The notes under the pieces are model-generated. The model saw only the letters and a program-made list of their open reading frames with translations, was not told where the DNA came from and ran no database searches. The translations under genes were made by a program, and so were the position numbers. Below, piece by piece: positions 10,673 through 21,399 of a DNA stretch of 48,982 nucleotides (position 1 is the first letter of the stretch; each line of letters starts with the position of its first letter). The DNA comes from Gammaproteobacteria bacterium (GTDB lineage: Bacteria > Pseudomonadota > Gammaproteobacteria > UBA4575): the NCBI GenBank assembly GCA_026710875.1, contig JAPOQE010000039.1, positions 1-48,982 on the forward strand, read 5' to 3'.

Positions 10673-13108
10673 TTAGTGGGCCTGAACCGGCTCACTTTTT
10701 TGGATGGATTTCTTGTGCTCAGGCTCAACTGCAGCGACGACCTCGGGATCACCTAGTGGCTCAGGCATGTTGACCAACGCCACCTGGAGCACTTCATCGA
10801 TCCACTGTACCGGAATGATTTCAAGTTTTTGTTTGATATTCTTGGGAATCTCACTGAGGTCCTTTTCGTTGTCTTTCGGGATCAGCACCGTCTTGATCTC
10901 AGCCCGATGAGCAGCCAGCAGCTTCTCTTTCAGGCCGCCAATCGGCAATATCTCGCCGCGCAGGGTGATTTCGCCTGTCATGGCAACATCTGCACGTACA
11001 GCAACCTTGCTCAAGGCTGAGACGATCGCGGTCGTCATGCCAACCCCGGCACTGGGTCCGTCTTTTTTCACTGCGCCCTCGGGGACATGGATATGGATAT
11101 CCGACTTCTCATAGAAATCCGGCTGGATACCGAGGCCACTGGCACGGCTCCTGACCACCGTCTGGGCCACCTGGATCGATTCCTGCATCACATCCTCGAG
11201 CTGTCCGGTGCGGCTGGTCTTTCCCTTTCCCGGGATCACTACCGCTTCAATGGTAAGTAATTCACCACCGGTTTCTGTCCACGCCAGACCGGTAACCTGT
11301 CCAACCTGGTCGTTGTCCTCGGCAAGCCCGTACCGGAATAGCTTGACGCCGAGGTACTTCACCAGTGAGCGCGGTGTAATGGATACCTTCTTCCTGCCGT
11401 CACCAAGCACCAGTGATTTCACCACCTTCCGGCATATTTTCGAGATCTCTCTTTCCAGATTGCGCACGCCGGCCTCACGCGTGTAGTACCTGATCATGTC
11501 ACGAATCGCAGACTCACTGATCTGCAGTTCGTTTTTCTTCAGGCCATTGGCCTTCAGCTGCTTGGGAATCAGGTAGCGAATTGCAATATTTTTCTTTTCA
11601 TCTTCGGTATAGCCCGGCAACCGAATGACTTCCATGCGGTCGAGCAAGGGACTGGGGATGTTCAGGCTGTTGGCCGTGGCTACGAACATAACATCCGACA
11701 GGTCAAAATCGACCTCGAGGTAGTGGTCGTTGAAGGTGTGGTTCTGTTCCGGGTCCAGCACTTCCAGCATGGCCGATGCCGGGTCACCCCTGAAGTCCAT
11801 GGCCATCTTGTCAATCTCATCAAGAAGAAACAGCGGATTACGAACCCCAACCTTGGACAGGTTCTGCACAATCTTCCCCGGCAGTGACCCGATATAGGTA
11901 CGCCGATGTCCGCGAATCTCAGCCTCGTCATGCACACCGCCCAAAGACATGCGCGTGAACTTTCTGCTGGTGGCCCGTGCAATGGATTTGCCAATGGATG
12001 TCTTACCCACTCCCGGTGGTCCTACCAGGCACAGGATCGGCCCCTTGGGCTTGCGCACGCGCTGCTGCACAGCCAGGTATTCAATGATCCGTTCCTTGAC
12101 CTTGTGCAGGCCATAATGGTCCTCTTCCAGGATACGTTCAGCGGCCGCCAGATCTTTGCGCACCTTGGATTTCTTTTTCCAGGGTACGCCCACCAGCCAG
12201 TCAATATAGTTTCGCACTACTGTCGCTTCCGCAGACATCGGCGACATCATCTTCAGCTTGTTCAGCTCGGTCGTCGCTTTCTTCTTGGCCTCTTTCGACA
12301 TGCCGACTTTTTCAATCTTTTCTGTCAGCTCATCCACCTCGTTGGGCGCTTCCTCAAGCTCGCCAAGTTCTTTCTGTATGGCCTTCATCTGCTCATTGAG
12401 GTAGTACTCCCGCTGGGATTTTTCCATCTGCTGCTTGACGCGACCACGAAGACGTTTTTCAATCTGCAAGACGTCCAGTTCTCCCTCAATCAGCTTGACC
12501 AGATGCTCGAGGCGCTTACGCACATCACCAATCTCGAGCACATACTGCTTTTCATCCAGCTTCAGGGACATATGCGCCGCGATCGTGTCCGCCAGATGCG
12601 TGGGCTCATCAATCCCCGCAAGCGAGGTCAGGACTTCCGGCGGGATCTTCTTGTTGAGTTTTACGTACTGCTCGAAAAGGTTGGTCACCGAGCGTGCCAT
12701 GACCTCGAGTTCACGCTCATCCTCTGGCGAAGTATCCGATTCCAGCAGGGACACGCTGGCTCTGAGATAATCTTCTTCATCTAGGAAACGCATGACGCGC
12801 GCACGGTCGACGCCCTCCACCAGCACCTTGATCGTGCCGTCCGGAAGCTTCAGCAATTGCAGGATGGTCGACACTGTGCCAATGGTATGCACCTGGTCCG
12901 TACCCGGCTCATCCACCTCGGCATTTTTCTGTGCAACCAGCAAAATCTGCTTGTTGCTGGCCATGGCGACATCCAGGGCCTTGATCGACTTTTCCCGACC
13001 TACGAACAGTGGGATCACCATATGCGGGTACACCACCACATCGCGCAGCGGTAACACTGGCATGATGGCATCATCTGTCAGCTTGTCCGGTACTTGTTTC
13101 TCGCTCAT
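10673..13108 (-). CDS. lon: Endopeptidase La
   Basis: PLRDVVVYP N-domain, GPPGVGKTS Walker A, KDGPSAG catalytic Ser, IGGLKEK. Confidence 0.98.
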   Translation of the reverse strand: MSEKQVPDKLTDDAIMPVLPLRDVVVYPHMVIPLFVGREKSIKALDVAMASNKQILLVAQKNAEVDEPGTDQVHTIGTVSTILQLLKLPDGTIKVLVEGVDRARVMRFLDEEDYLRASVSLLESDTSPEDERELEVMARSVTNLFEQYVKLNKKIPPEVLTSLAGIDEPTHLADTIAAHMSLKLDEKQYVLEIGDVRKRLEHLVKLIEGELDVLQIEKRLRGRVKQQMEKSQREYYLNEQMKAIQKELGELEEAPNEVDELTEKIEKVGMSKEAKKKATTELNKLKMMSPMSAEATVVRNYIDWLVGVPWKKKSKVRKDLAAAERILEEDHYGLHKVKERIIEYLAVQQRVRKPKGPILCLVGPPGVGKTSIGKSIARATSRKFTRMSLGGVHDEAEIRGHRRTYIGSLPGKIVQNLSKVGVRNPLFLLDEIDKMAMDFRGDPASAMLEVLDPEQNHTFNDHYLEVDFDLSDVMFVATANSLNIPSPLLDRMEVIRLPGYTEDEKKNIAIRYLIPKQLKANGLKKNELQISESAIRDMIRYYTREAGVRNLEREISKICRKVVKSLVLGDGRKKVSITPRSLVKYLGVKLFRYGLAEDNDQVGQVTGLAWTETGGELLTIEAVVIPGKGKTSRTGQLEDVMQESIQVAQTVVRSRASGLGIQPDFYEKSDIHIHVPEGAVKKDGPSAGVGMTTAIVSALSKVAVRADVAMTGEITLRGEILPIGGLKEKLLAAHRAEIKTVLIPKDNEKDLSEIPKNIKQKLEIIPVQWIDEVLQVALVNMPEPLGDPEVVAAVEPEHKKSIQKSEPVQAH

Positions 13109-13195
13109 TTCAATAATTTCCTGGATACTGGCTAAACTATGTAAATCTTCGTCGGTACTTCCGTCTCAACATGTGCGGACGCACCTGAACCCTTC

Positions 13196-13224
13196 ATATG
13201 GGGGCATTCTTCTGGAAATTCAAC
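13196..13224 (-). promoter_or_regulatory. Sigma32 (RpoH) heat-shock promoter of lon
   Basis: Minus strand GTTGAAT-N14-CCCCATAT, close to the CTTGAAA-N13/14-CCCCATNT consensus; lon is a classic RpoH target. Confidence 0.75.
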
Positions 13225-13279
13225 GTTGCTGGGCGCCGCGGCACCCGGTACGGCATGCACAGCCCTTTACAGGACCCAT

Positions 13280-14560
13280 TTACTCATCCGATGCCACTTT
13301 CTCATATTCCGAGCTTTCATAGAGCAGGTAGGGCTTTTCTCCATGAATTACAGATTCATCGACCACCACCTTGCCGATGCTGTTTTGCGATGGCATCTCG
13401 TACATGGTGTCCAGCAGCACATTTTCCAGTATGGTCCGCAGCCCGCGTGCACCGGTTTTACGATCCATCGCCTTGCGCGCCGTGGCATAGAGCGCATTTT
13501 CCCGAAATTCGATCTCTACACCTTCCATCTCGAACAGACGGTGATACTGCTTGGTAATGGCATTCTTGGGTTCAGTAAGAATCCGGACCAGAGCCTCTTC
13601 ATCGAGTTCATCCAGCGTTGCGACCACCGGCAGGCGTCCGACAAATTCCGGGATAAGGCCATACTTGATCAAATCCTCCGGTTCCACACTGTGCAGGACC
13701 TCACCAATCTTGATCGCATTGTCCTTGCTGCGCACATCCGCTGAAAAACCGATGCCACTGGTTTCCTTACGGTTGAGAATGACCTTGTCGAGGCCGGCAA
13801 ATGCTCCACCACAGATGAACAGGATATTGCTGGTATCCACCTGCAGGAATTCCTGCTGCGGGTGCTTTCGCCCACCCTGGGGCGGGACCGACGCGATCGT
13901 GCCTTCGATCAGTTTCAGGAGAGCCTGCTGGACCCCCTCTCCGGACACATCACGCGTAATCGAGGGGTTGTCGGACTTGCGTGAGATCTTGTCGATCTCA
14001 TCGATATACACGATCCCGGTCTGCGCCTTGTCGACATCGTAGTCACACTTTTGCAGCAGTTTCTGGATGATGTTCTCGACATCCTCCCCGACATAACCCG
14101 CTTCGGTCAGCGTGGTGGCATCCGCAATGGTGAACGGTACATTCAGCAAACGTGCCAGGGTTTCCGCGAGCAGGGTCTTGCCTGAGCCTGTCGGGCCCAC
14201 CAGCAGGATATTGCTCTTGGCCAACTCGACTGCATGCTTGCCCGAGTTGCGGGCATCGAGGCGCTTGTAATGATTGTATACCGCCACGGACAGGATTTTC
14301 TTGGCGCGGTCCTGACCAATGACATACTCCTCAAGGATGGCGTTGATCTCGACCGGCTTTGGAAGCTTGGTACCGTCTGACGAGGACTGCTCCTGCATTT
14401 CCTCCCGAATGATGTCGTTACACAGTTCGACACATTCATCGCAGATAAAAACCGAGGGTCCGGCAATCAGCTTGCGCACCTCGTGCTGGCTTTTGCCGCA
14501 GAAAGAGCAGTACAGAAGCTTGCCGCTGTCCCGATCCTTGGTTGTCGTGTTATCACTCAT
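13280..14560 (-). CDS. clpX: ATP-dependent Clp protease ATP-binding subunit
   Basis: CSFCGK...CDEC zinc finger, [30 protein letters not shown] loop. Confidence 0.98.
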   Translation of the reverse strand: MSDNTTTKDRDSGKLLYCSFCGKSQHEVRKLIAGPSVFICDECVELCNDIIREEMQEQSSSDGTKLPKPVEINAILEEYVIGQDRAKKILSVAVYNHYKRLDARNSGKHAVELAKSNILLVGPTGSGKTLLAETLARLLNVPFTIADATTLTEAGYVGEDVENIIQKLLQKCDYDVDKAQTGIVYIDEIDKISRKSDNPSITRDVSGEGVQQALLKLIEGTIASVPPQGGRKHPQQEFLQVDTSNILFICGGAFAGLDKVILNRKETSGIGFSADVRSKDNAIKIGEVLHSVEPEDLIKYGLIPEFVGRLPVVATLDELDEEALVRILTEPKNAITKQYHRLFEMEGVEIEFRENALYATARKAMDRKTGARGLRTILENVLLDTMYEMPSQNSIGKVVVDESVIHGEKPYLLYESSEYEKVASDE

Positions 14561-14747
14561 CGTACCTTGCCAGACATCTGTGCTTTGAAAGGGTGCAGAG
14601 TTTGTGTCTTAGGTTCCAAATGAATCAGACGAATGCGCCTCAGGAAACACTTACTCGAGTCCCAACTATACGCTTTTTTGAAATATTATACATCGCCCGC
14701 GCAGGGCCCCACCGAGGTGGCCTTTTCAGGCAAAAAGCCCTTGAAAT

Positions 14748-15401
14748 CTATGAGGTTGAATCCGAGAGGCTCTCGCCGCGCTTGTCCAGGACCTCATCCA
14801 CCAGGCCGTATTCCTTCGCCTCGATGCTGTTCAAAAAATGATCACGTTCAGTGTCCTGTGCAATGCGCTCGACGGGCTGTCCCGTGTGTTGGGCCAACAC
14901 CAGGTTCAGTTCCTCCCTGATTTTCAGGATTTCGCGGGCATGGATATCGACATCTGTTGCCTGCCCCTGAAAGCCACCCAGCGGCTGATGGATCATGATG
15001 CGTGAATGCGGCAAGGCATACCGCTTGTTCGCGGCGCCACCTGCCAGCAGCAAGGCGCCCATGCTGGCAGCCTGACCGACGCACAGCGTACTGATGTCAG
15101 GCGTGGTGAACTGCATGGTGTCATAAATGGCCATGCCGGCACTGACCGATCCACCCGGAGAGTTGATGTAGATGGAAATATCCTTGTCAGGATTTTCAGA
15201 TTCCAAGAACAGCAGCTGGGCCACCACGAGGTTGGCCATCTGGTCCTCGATTGCACCGACGATGAATATGACCCGCTCTTTGAGCAGACGCGAGTAGATG
15301 TCATAGGCGCGTTCCCCGCGTGCAGACTGCTCGATAACCATCGGCACGAGATTCAAAGCCTGTGTGTTCAGGGCCCCGCTCTTTGGGTATCTTTCTCCCA
15401 T
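14748..15401 (-). CDS. clpP: ATP-dependent Clp protease proteolytic subunit
   Basis: [22 protein letters not shown] (Ser), MIHQP (His); ATG 15401 follows SD GAGGAG. Confidence 0.97.
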   Translation of the reverse strand: MGERYPKSGALNTQALNLVPMVIEQSARGERAYDIYSRLLKERVIFIVGAIEDQMANLVVAQLLFLESENPDKDISIYINSPGGSVSAGMAIYDTMQFTTPDISTLCVGQAASMGALLLAGGAANKRYALPHSRIMIHQPLGGFQGQATDVDIHAREILKIREELNLVLAQHTGQPVERIAQDTERDHFLNSIEAKEYGLVDEVLDKRGESLSDSTS

Positions 15402-15426
15402 ATCGCTTCTCCTCAAATAATCTGTA

Positions 15427-16719
15427 TCAATGCTGGCTGTTTACCATCTCATCAAAGGTAAATGACCGTGCGGTCTGCTGTGCCTGGCTGAGCACCCACT
15501 CGACCACCTGCTCTTCCATGACCTGCGATTCTATCCCAGCCCTGGCCTCGACACTGTTGTTGTAATACTGAACCACATCATCGGGTTTGTCATACCCTGC
15601 AGCAATTGCCTCGATGTGCTGGGCCACACGTCCTGTATCCAGCTTGATCTGGTTTTGACGGATAATTTCGCCGATGATCAGTCCCAGCGTGAGCCGACGC
15701 TTTGCCTGTTCCTCCAGCAAGGACTGCGGCAGCTTGGAATCATCCTCAAGCTGCAGGTTGCTCATGGCCTGCTGTCGAACCGACTGTACCTCATCCGCCA
15801 ACAGCTTCTGCGGCAATTCGAACTGGTTGGCTTCAAACAGTCGTTGCATGACCTGGTCCTTGCCGAAGGCCTTTTTGCGCTGTTCAAGCTCGGCTTCCAG
15901 GTTTTGCTGAAGCCGCGCGCTCAAAGTCTCAACCTTGCCATCCTCAATTCCGAGTTCACGTATAAAATGCTCATCAAGCTCAGGCAGTTTCCCGGCTTCC
16001 ACTCTCTTAACGCTCACCTCGAATACCGCTGTCCTGTCTGCCAGATCCTGCTGGCGGTAGTCTTTGGGAAAGCGCGCTTCAATCGGCTTGGCATCGCCGA
16101 CCTTGACGCCCTCAAGCTGCTGCTCGAACTCAGGTAAAAGGGCCTGGCTGCCGAGCACGACCTCGAAATCGTCATGGCTGCCCCCCGCAAAAGGCTCACC
16201 GTCCAGTGTGCCCTTGAAATCGATCGTTACCCTGTCCTCCTTAGCAGCGGCGCGCTTGACCAGGCGCCAGCGCATTTTCTGAGTACGCAGCTTCTCGATC
16301 ATGCCCTCCACATCCTCGGCAGTGACTTCGGCCTGCGCAGTTTCGATCTCGAATGCCGAGGCGTCCGCAAGCTCAATTTCCGGATAGACTTCAATGGTCG
16401 CAACGTACTTCAGATCCTGATCCGCCTCCTGGTCGAGGCGTTCGACCTGCGGGGGGCCCGCAGGGCGCAATTTTTCCTGCTGTATCGCCTCCCCGTAACT
16501 GGTCTGCATGGTATCTGCCAAGACTTCCTGATGTACCTGCTTGCCGTACCGCTGGCGCACTACCGCCAGGGGAACCTTGCCGGGCCGAAACCCAGGCAGC
16601 TTGACCGTGCGGGTCATGTCCTGGAGCTTCTTCTCCACCGCAGTGCGGATATTCTCACCAGGCACCTCCACGGTGATCTTGCGCTCCAGCGTCCCTGTTG
16701 TTTCCAGTGATACCTGCAT
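15427..16719 (-). CDS. tig: Trigger factor
   Basis: PGFRPGKVP ribosome-binding signature, FKBP domain, position upstream of clpP. Confidence 0.97.
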   Translation of the reverse strand: MQVSLETTGTLERKITVEVPGENIRTAVEKKLQDMTRTVKLPGFRPGKVPLAVVRQRYGKQVHQEVLADTMQTSYGEAIQQEKLRPAGPPQVERLDQEADQDLKYVATIEVYPEIELADASAFEIETAQAEVTAEDVEGMIEKLRTQKMRWRLVKRAAAKEDRVTIDFKGTLDGEPFAGGSHDDFEVVLGSQALLPEFEQQLEGVKVGDAKPIEARFPKDYRQQDLADRTAVFEVSVKRVEAGKLPELDEHFIRELGIEDGKVETLSARLQQNLEAELEQRKKAFGKDQVMQRLFEANQFELPQKLLADEVQSVRQQAMSNLQLEDDSKLPQSLLEEQAKRRLTLGLIIGEIIRQNQIKLDTGRVAQHIEAIAAGYDKPDDVVQYYNNSVEARAGIESQVMEEQVVEWVLSQAQQTARSFTFDEMVNSQH

Positions 16720-16884
16720 CCAATAACCCTCTGATCAATACCCCTTGGGGTGTTCACGCCAATCGTTCATGCCGTGCAACCGGTTCCCGGGTGCTGGCGG
16801 CTTTGTCCGGCGACAGTATATTGAGTGCGCCAGCATATTGCATCCCGGGACATCCAGCCGGAGAATGCCCGCCGGCATTGAATC

Positions 16885-16970
<86 letters not shown>

Positions 16971-17091
16971 TCCGTTGATATCGGCATACCATATCAACCG
17001 GCATGCGTTGCCCTGTATTATACCTGCAACCCTGCATCTGGATTTCAACCAGCTGCCGGGCACTACTCATTCTATTCATGTTCTGCCACAG

Positions 17092-17985
17092 ATGTACGCA
17101 CTACTTGTATTTGTTCTGCTCGTTGCGCTGGTCCTCATTGCCGGAGCCGCCCTTGCCTATCCGGTGCATGCGTTTCTGGGTCTCTGGCTTGAGACCGATT
17201 TCGAGGAGGTCGCCAAACGAACGGTACTTGGCCTTGGGATTTTCGCCTTGGTGGCCCTGTTTCGAACATTCGGTTTTCGTACCTTGCAGGACATCGGCTT
17301 TACCTCGAAGGGATCGCAATTCTGGAAAGACTCGCTGACAGGATTCGGCGTGGGTGTTTTGATCATGGGGCCTGTCATCACCGGCCTGCTGCTCTCCCGA
17401 AACCGGGTCCTTGACCTGCAATGGGACTGGTCTTTTTCAGGCGTGGCTCTACTGCTGGCGACCGCTGTGATATCCGGCACGGCCGTGGCACTGCTCGAGG
17501 AGACCATCTTCCGGGGGGCCTTGCTGAGCGCAATACTGCGAAGAAGCTCGGTTTCCCTGGCAGTGCTATCAACGAGCTTTATGTATGCGCTGGTGCATTT
17601 CCTGGAGCCTGGGGCGCCTGTGGACCCCGATGCGCTGGGCTGGGGCAGTGGTTTGATCCTGCTGCGCGATGCCTTCACCTTCCTGTACCACCCTGCGCTC
17701 ATATTCGACTCGTTCATCGCCCTGTTCGCAGCAGGCATCCTGCTTGCCCTTGTACGGGTTCAAACCGGCGGACTGGCCGCATGTATCGGCATCCATGCCG
17801 GCTGGGGATTTACCATCAAGATTTTCAAACGAGTGACCAACTCAAATCAAGACACGTCGTTTGCTTTCCTGACCGGCAACTATGATCATGTCATCGGTTA
17901 TCTCGCGACCCTTGTGTTGATTCTTGCTATCGGAATCTACCTCGGCATCAGCCGGCAGACCGGGGAGAGAACGGGAATGGGGTGA
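17092..17985 (+). CDS. CPBP (Abi/CAAX) family intramembrane glutamic endopeptidase
   Basis: EETIFRG (EExxxR), YALVH, IGIHAGW motifs; multiple TM; start set to ATG 17092 to avoid overlapping tRNA-Leu. Confidence 0.88.
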   Translation: MYALLVFVLLVALVLIAGAALAYPVHAFLGLWLETDFEEVAKRTVLGLGIFALVALFRTFGFRTLQDIGFTSKGSQFWKDSLTGFGVGVLIMGPVITGLLLSRNRVLDLQWDWSFSGVALLLATAVISGTAVALLEETIFRGALLSAILRRSSVSLAVLSTSFMYALVHFLEPGAPVDPDALGWGSGLILLRDAFTFLYHPALIFDSFIALFAAGILLALVRVQTGGLAACIGIHAGWGFTIKIFKRVTNSNQDTSFAFLTGNYDHVIGYLATLVLILAIGIYLGISRQTGERTGMG

Positions 17986-18054
17986 GCGATGGGGATCGAA
18001 CCCACGACCACAGGAACCACAATCCTGCGCTCTACCAACTGAGCTACGCTCACC
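17978..18054 (-). tRNA. tRNA-His(GTG)
   Basis: GGTGAGCGTAGCTCAGTTGGTAGAGCGCAGGATTGTGGTTCCTG...GTTCGATCCCCATCGCTCACCCCA; G-1 and C73 His identity elements. Confidence 0.96.
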
Positions 18055-18138
18055 GTAGTGGAGTGGATGTTAACGCATGAAATGCTGTAGCTCCACTCGA
18101 ATAAGCCGCCTGCAGCACACGATGCGCACTGCGCCGGC

Positions 18139-18960
18139 TCAGTGCCAGCCTCGAGAGGCGATCAGTGCCGAAAAGCGATCCTCTTGCAGGGCCTGTGCGT
18201 TCTCAATGCGGCGCACCGTTCCATCATGGACAGTAAAGAAAGACAACACCTCGTGAATACAGCCCGACGGGCAATCCCCCCAAGCCTCGCGAACAGCGAC
18301 ATGCCAGGTGCCGCGGGCGCTACTCACTGCCATGTCCGGACCATCCCCGAGCTGTGCATCGGGTTGTGCAAACCGCACGCCGGGTATCTTCAGGTAAGCC
18401 CGTGCAGCAGCCTCCAGGTTGACAGGCTTCCCGAAGTGCAGTGCGGCCACTCCTGTACGGCGAAAGACCTGTGCATGTTGCAACCCGAGCCGAGCATTCA
18501 AGGCATCAAACTTGGCAAAACCCGTCGGCACGCCGTTTTCACGCTCGGCCAGCATCGTGCCAGCAAGAAGAGCCGGTGCAAGGCCCACGAGCAGCATGCC
18601 GGGCCGGTAGTCAAGTCGCGGTGAAACATCGGCAAGCTCCGGGTAGGCCGTCCTGACCTGGATCAGCACCTTCTCGATTTCGCGAATGAGCTGGTCCCGG
18701 TGTGCGGTTTCCAGCAGCAGGCCAGCGCCTCGTCTACGCAATATGCGATCGGCCAGTACCTGCGCATCCGTGATTTTATCAGGTTGCTGTACAGCCGGAC
18801 TTGCTACGCTTTCCCCGGCACCCAGGCCCTGTACGCCCGACAGGAAAAGAGCCGCAAGCAAGCAGACACCTGCCGAGCGCAATGGACTGGAAAAAACATT
18901 CCGGCCGATGACTGCGAGGCCTTTACTGAATGTGCAGAAACCGAGCGTTTGAGCTTGCAT
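18139..18960 (-). CDS. Hypothetical exported protein with C-terminal WGDCPSGC motif
   Basis: Fills the intergenic space; hydrophobic signal-like stretch (AGVCLLAALFLSGVQGLGA); true start may be downstream. Confidence 0.65.
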   Translation of the reverse strand: MQAQTLGFCTFSKGLAVIGRNVFSSPLRSAGVCLLAALFLSGVQGLGAGESVASPAVQQPDKITDAQVLADRILRRRGAGLLLETAHRDQLIREIEKVLIQVRTAYPELADVSPRLDYRPGMLLVGLAPALLAGTMLAERENGVPTGFAKFDALNARLGLQHAQVFRRTGVAALHFGKPVNLEAAARAYLKIPGVRFAQPDAQLGDGPDMAVSSARGTWHVAVREAWGDCPSGCIHEVLSFFTVHDGTVRRIENAQALQEDRFSALIASRGWH

Positions 18961-19040
18961 GAAGACAAATTTGTGGGCTAGCGCCTATCGTCGGCAAAAG
19001 TCTGGGCTCCGTATGGACACAGGCCACCCGTGACCATGCA

Positions 19041-20204
19041 CTAGTCTGCCGGCTCAAGACGCAGCAGCATACCGTTACGCGCATCGGTAAGCAGGTAAAT
19101 GAGGCCATCCGGACCCTGACGCACATCCCGGACCCGCCGCCCCCAGTCCTCAAGCAACCGTTCTTCGGCCACTACCCTGTCCCTCTCGATTCCAAGACGG
19201 GCCAGCAGTCTCCCGGAAAGCGCTCCTACGAACAGGCTTCCGCGCCAGTTCGGGAAGGCATCTCCATCATAAACCATCAGTCCGGAAGGTGAGATCGAGG
19301 GCACCCAGTAATGCAGCGGCTGGGTCATGCCCGCCTTGTGTGTACCCTCGCCAATCTTGAAACCGGAGTAGCTCAGGCCATACGTGATTACCGGCCAGCC
19401 AAAGTTCGCCCCGGGCTCGACGCGGTTCAGTTCGTCCCCGCCCCTGGGACCGTGCTCAACGAGATAGAGCTGTCCGCTCATCGGGTCCTTTGCCATGCCC
19501 TGCGGATTGCGGTTGCCATGGGTGTATATCTCGGGTCTGGCATTGGACCGGGCAACGAACGGATTGTTCTCCGGAACGCGTCCGTCCTCATGCAGGCGGA
19601 TCACGGAGCCCGCCGGGTCATCCAGGGCCTGCGCCCGGTCCGGGTCACCGCGCTCACCCGTAGTGATGAAAAGGTAACCATCGGAAAACACCAGGCGGGA
19701 ACCGAAATGACGGCTGCCTCGTGTGTGTGGCAATGCCACATAGAGCTCCTCGACGTCCTCGAGACGGTTGCCGACCAGTCGGCCGCGTGCGACCGCGGTG
19801 GCACCTCCTCCCTTGCCCGGGCTTGCATACGACAGATAGACCAGTCGGTTCTCGTCGAAGCGCGGATGGATTACGACATCGAGCAGGCCTCCCTGGCCGC
19901 TTGCATAGACCTGTGGAACCCCGGCCACTGGCTCCGGATCAAGCCTGCCTTGTACGATAAGTCGCAGGCGTCCCGGGCGCTCGGTGACCAGCATGGAGCC
20001 TTTCGGCAAGAAGGCCAGACTCCAGGGATGCTCAAGTCCATCGAGGATCTTGACCAGTCGGTAACGATGGTCCAGCGAATCAAACTCCCCGAGCAGTTCG
20101 CCGGCATCTGCCGAGCGACTCGCACCGAGAACAACCAATGCTGCAACAATCACTGCGAAAAGCCGGCAGGCGGTTCCCTCTATTGCGTCATGAATGTGCT
20201 TCAT
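19041..20204 (-). CDS. PQQ-dependent sugar dehydrogenase (YliI/GSDH beta-propeller)
   Basis: LEHPWSLAFLP, GQGGLLDV, HFGSRL, GNRNPQG, EHGPRGGDELN, G.NFGWP; signal peptide; start uncertain (20204 or 20258). Confidence 0.92.
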   Translation of the reverse strand: MKHIHDAIEGTACRLFAVIVAALVVLGASRSADAGELLGEFDSLDHRYRLVKILDGLEHPWSLAFLPKGSMLVTERPGRLRLIVQGRLDPEPVAGVPQVYASGQGGLLDVVIHPRFDENRLVYLSYASPGKGGGATAVARGRLVGNRLEDVEELYVALPHTRGSRHFGSRLVFSDGYLFITTGERGDPDRAQALDDPAGSVIRLHEDGRVPENNPFVARSNARPEIYTHGNRNPQGMAKDPMSGQLYLVEHGPRGGDELNRVEPGANFGWPVITYGLSYSGFKIGEGTHKAGMTQPLHYWVPSISPSGLMVYDGDAFPNWRGSLFVGALSGRLLARLGIERDRVVAEERLLEDWGRRVRDVRQGPDGLIYLLTDARNGMLLRLEPAD

Positions 20205-20524
20205 ACCCAAATCCGTATTTTGCAAGCCCTCTATAGAGCGTATGTTCCTGCGGCCCACCCCGATAGCTTATACAATGAGTGTAGCAATCACACACGGCCA
20301 TTTACCATAGAATCTGGCATCAGAATCGTGGGCCTCGTAACAAAAGTAACACCCGAATAACGTACTATTGAGACCAATCGTACTACCAGGGAACCGGGAG
20401 TACAGGGGAATTGTCAAAATTCACTTGAACTAAAGTAAAAAGACCCCATTATTGCAGAGAGTGTAAAGTGCTTGATTCCGGCAATGTAAGGCAAGCGAAA
20501 GAAGATAGGAGAACATCTAAGTTT

Positions 20525-20755
20525 ATGGGTAAAAAAAGTGAATTAACGGCTCGAGTGGACAGGATGAACCTAGTGATGGCTGAGGTACGAAACGATCTCA
20601 AGTCGTTGCAAGAAGAGATGACGTACACGCTTCAAAAGTTTGGCTTGCCTGTAGAAGAACATACCAAGTGTGTTCACAGCATAGGTAAAATGCGTAAAAA
20701 ACTCAGTGGCGCAATGACTAAGACAGACGATTCCAAGAAGAAACAAGAATCGTAG
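20525..20755 (+). CDS. Small hypothetical protein (76 aa, helical)
   Basis: ORF track; AGGAG upstream of ATG 20525 (spacing somewhat long); no recognisable motif. Confidence 0.5.
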   Translation: MGKKSELTARVDRMNLVMAEVRNDLKSLQEEMTYTLQKFGLPVEEHTKCVHSIGKMRKKLSGAMTKTDDSKKKQES

Positions 20756-21021
20756 TCCTTAAATTCAACAGGCATGACATCACACCGCTGGATGCGCATA
20801 GTCAGCATGTCACACACCACATCCTAGATTAGCAGCGGCCAGGGGAAGAAATTCCAACTGACGCTGTTTCATCCGTCCCATTCGGGAGCCTGCTAATCTC
20901 GTCTTTGCCAAGCTCGCCGCAGGCAGTTGTTTTATTTGAAATCCAAGTATCTCACTGCGAGTCATTCCAAATGCAGCTTGCAAGCCAAATAACTCATCAG
21001 CAGTGTCAACAATTGTCACTT

Positions 21022-21399
21022 TTATTCTGCGCAACCTCTTCCCAGAATAGTCAGTCTGATAAGATCATCCACGCTCCTTACATGACCTAGCTTATGCACA
21101 CCCATTTCAATTAAACCCACAGTTACTTCGCGGATATCTCCTTCAATTTGATTATCAAGCATAAATTTTTTTATCAGAAGTTCATATGTTGCAGCTAAAT
21201 CTCCAAACAAGACTTCTCTACTTAACTCTTGTCCATTATTGTCCTCTACGCCTGAATTACTAATCCCAGTTTCTTTGCTGAGACTGATAGAAATGGCAAT
21301 TCTAGAAAGTATATTGGGTGTAACGCCAGTATTAGCCTTAATAGCTCTAAACCGATCACTAGCCTTCTTGGATAGCTGTATCCTTGATGGTAGCGTCAT
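21022..21399 (-). CDS. dndE: DNA sulfur modification protein DndE
   Basis: RIQLSKKASDRF...TGVTPNILSRIAISISL...ELSREVLFGD matches the DndE pattern; ATGA overlap with the dndD stop. Confidence 0.88.
   Translation of the reverse strand: MTLPSRIQLSKKASDRFRAIKANTGVTPNILSRIAISISLSKETGISNSGVEDNNGQELSREVLFGDLAATYELLIKKFMLDNQIEGDIREVTVGLIEMGVHKLGHVRSVDDLIRLTILGRGCAE

Noticed and set aside
20826-20940. Ribozyme-like words (CTGACG on plus; GAATGGGAC and GAAAC on minus)
   Set aside because: Hammerhead core CUGANGA is not matched, and the upstream GTCCCA partner needed for an HDV-like P2 is absent
20810-21034. 74-aa minus-strand ORF after dndE as a fifth dnd gene or IS remnant
   Set aside because: No recognisable motif, and it overlaps the inverted-repeat element; insufficient support
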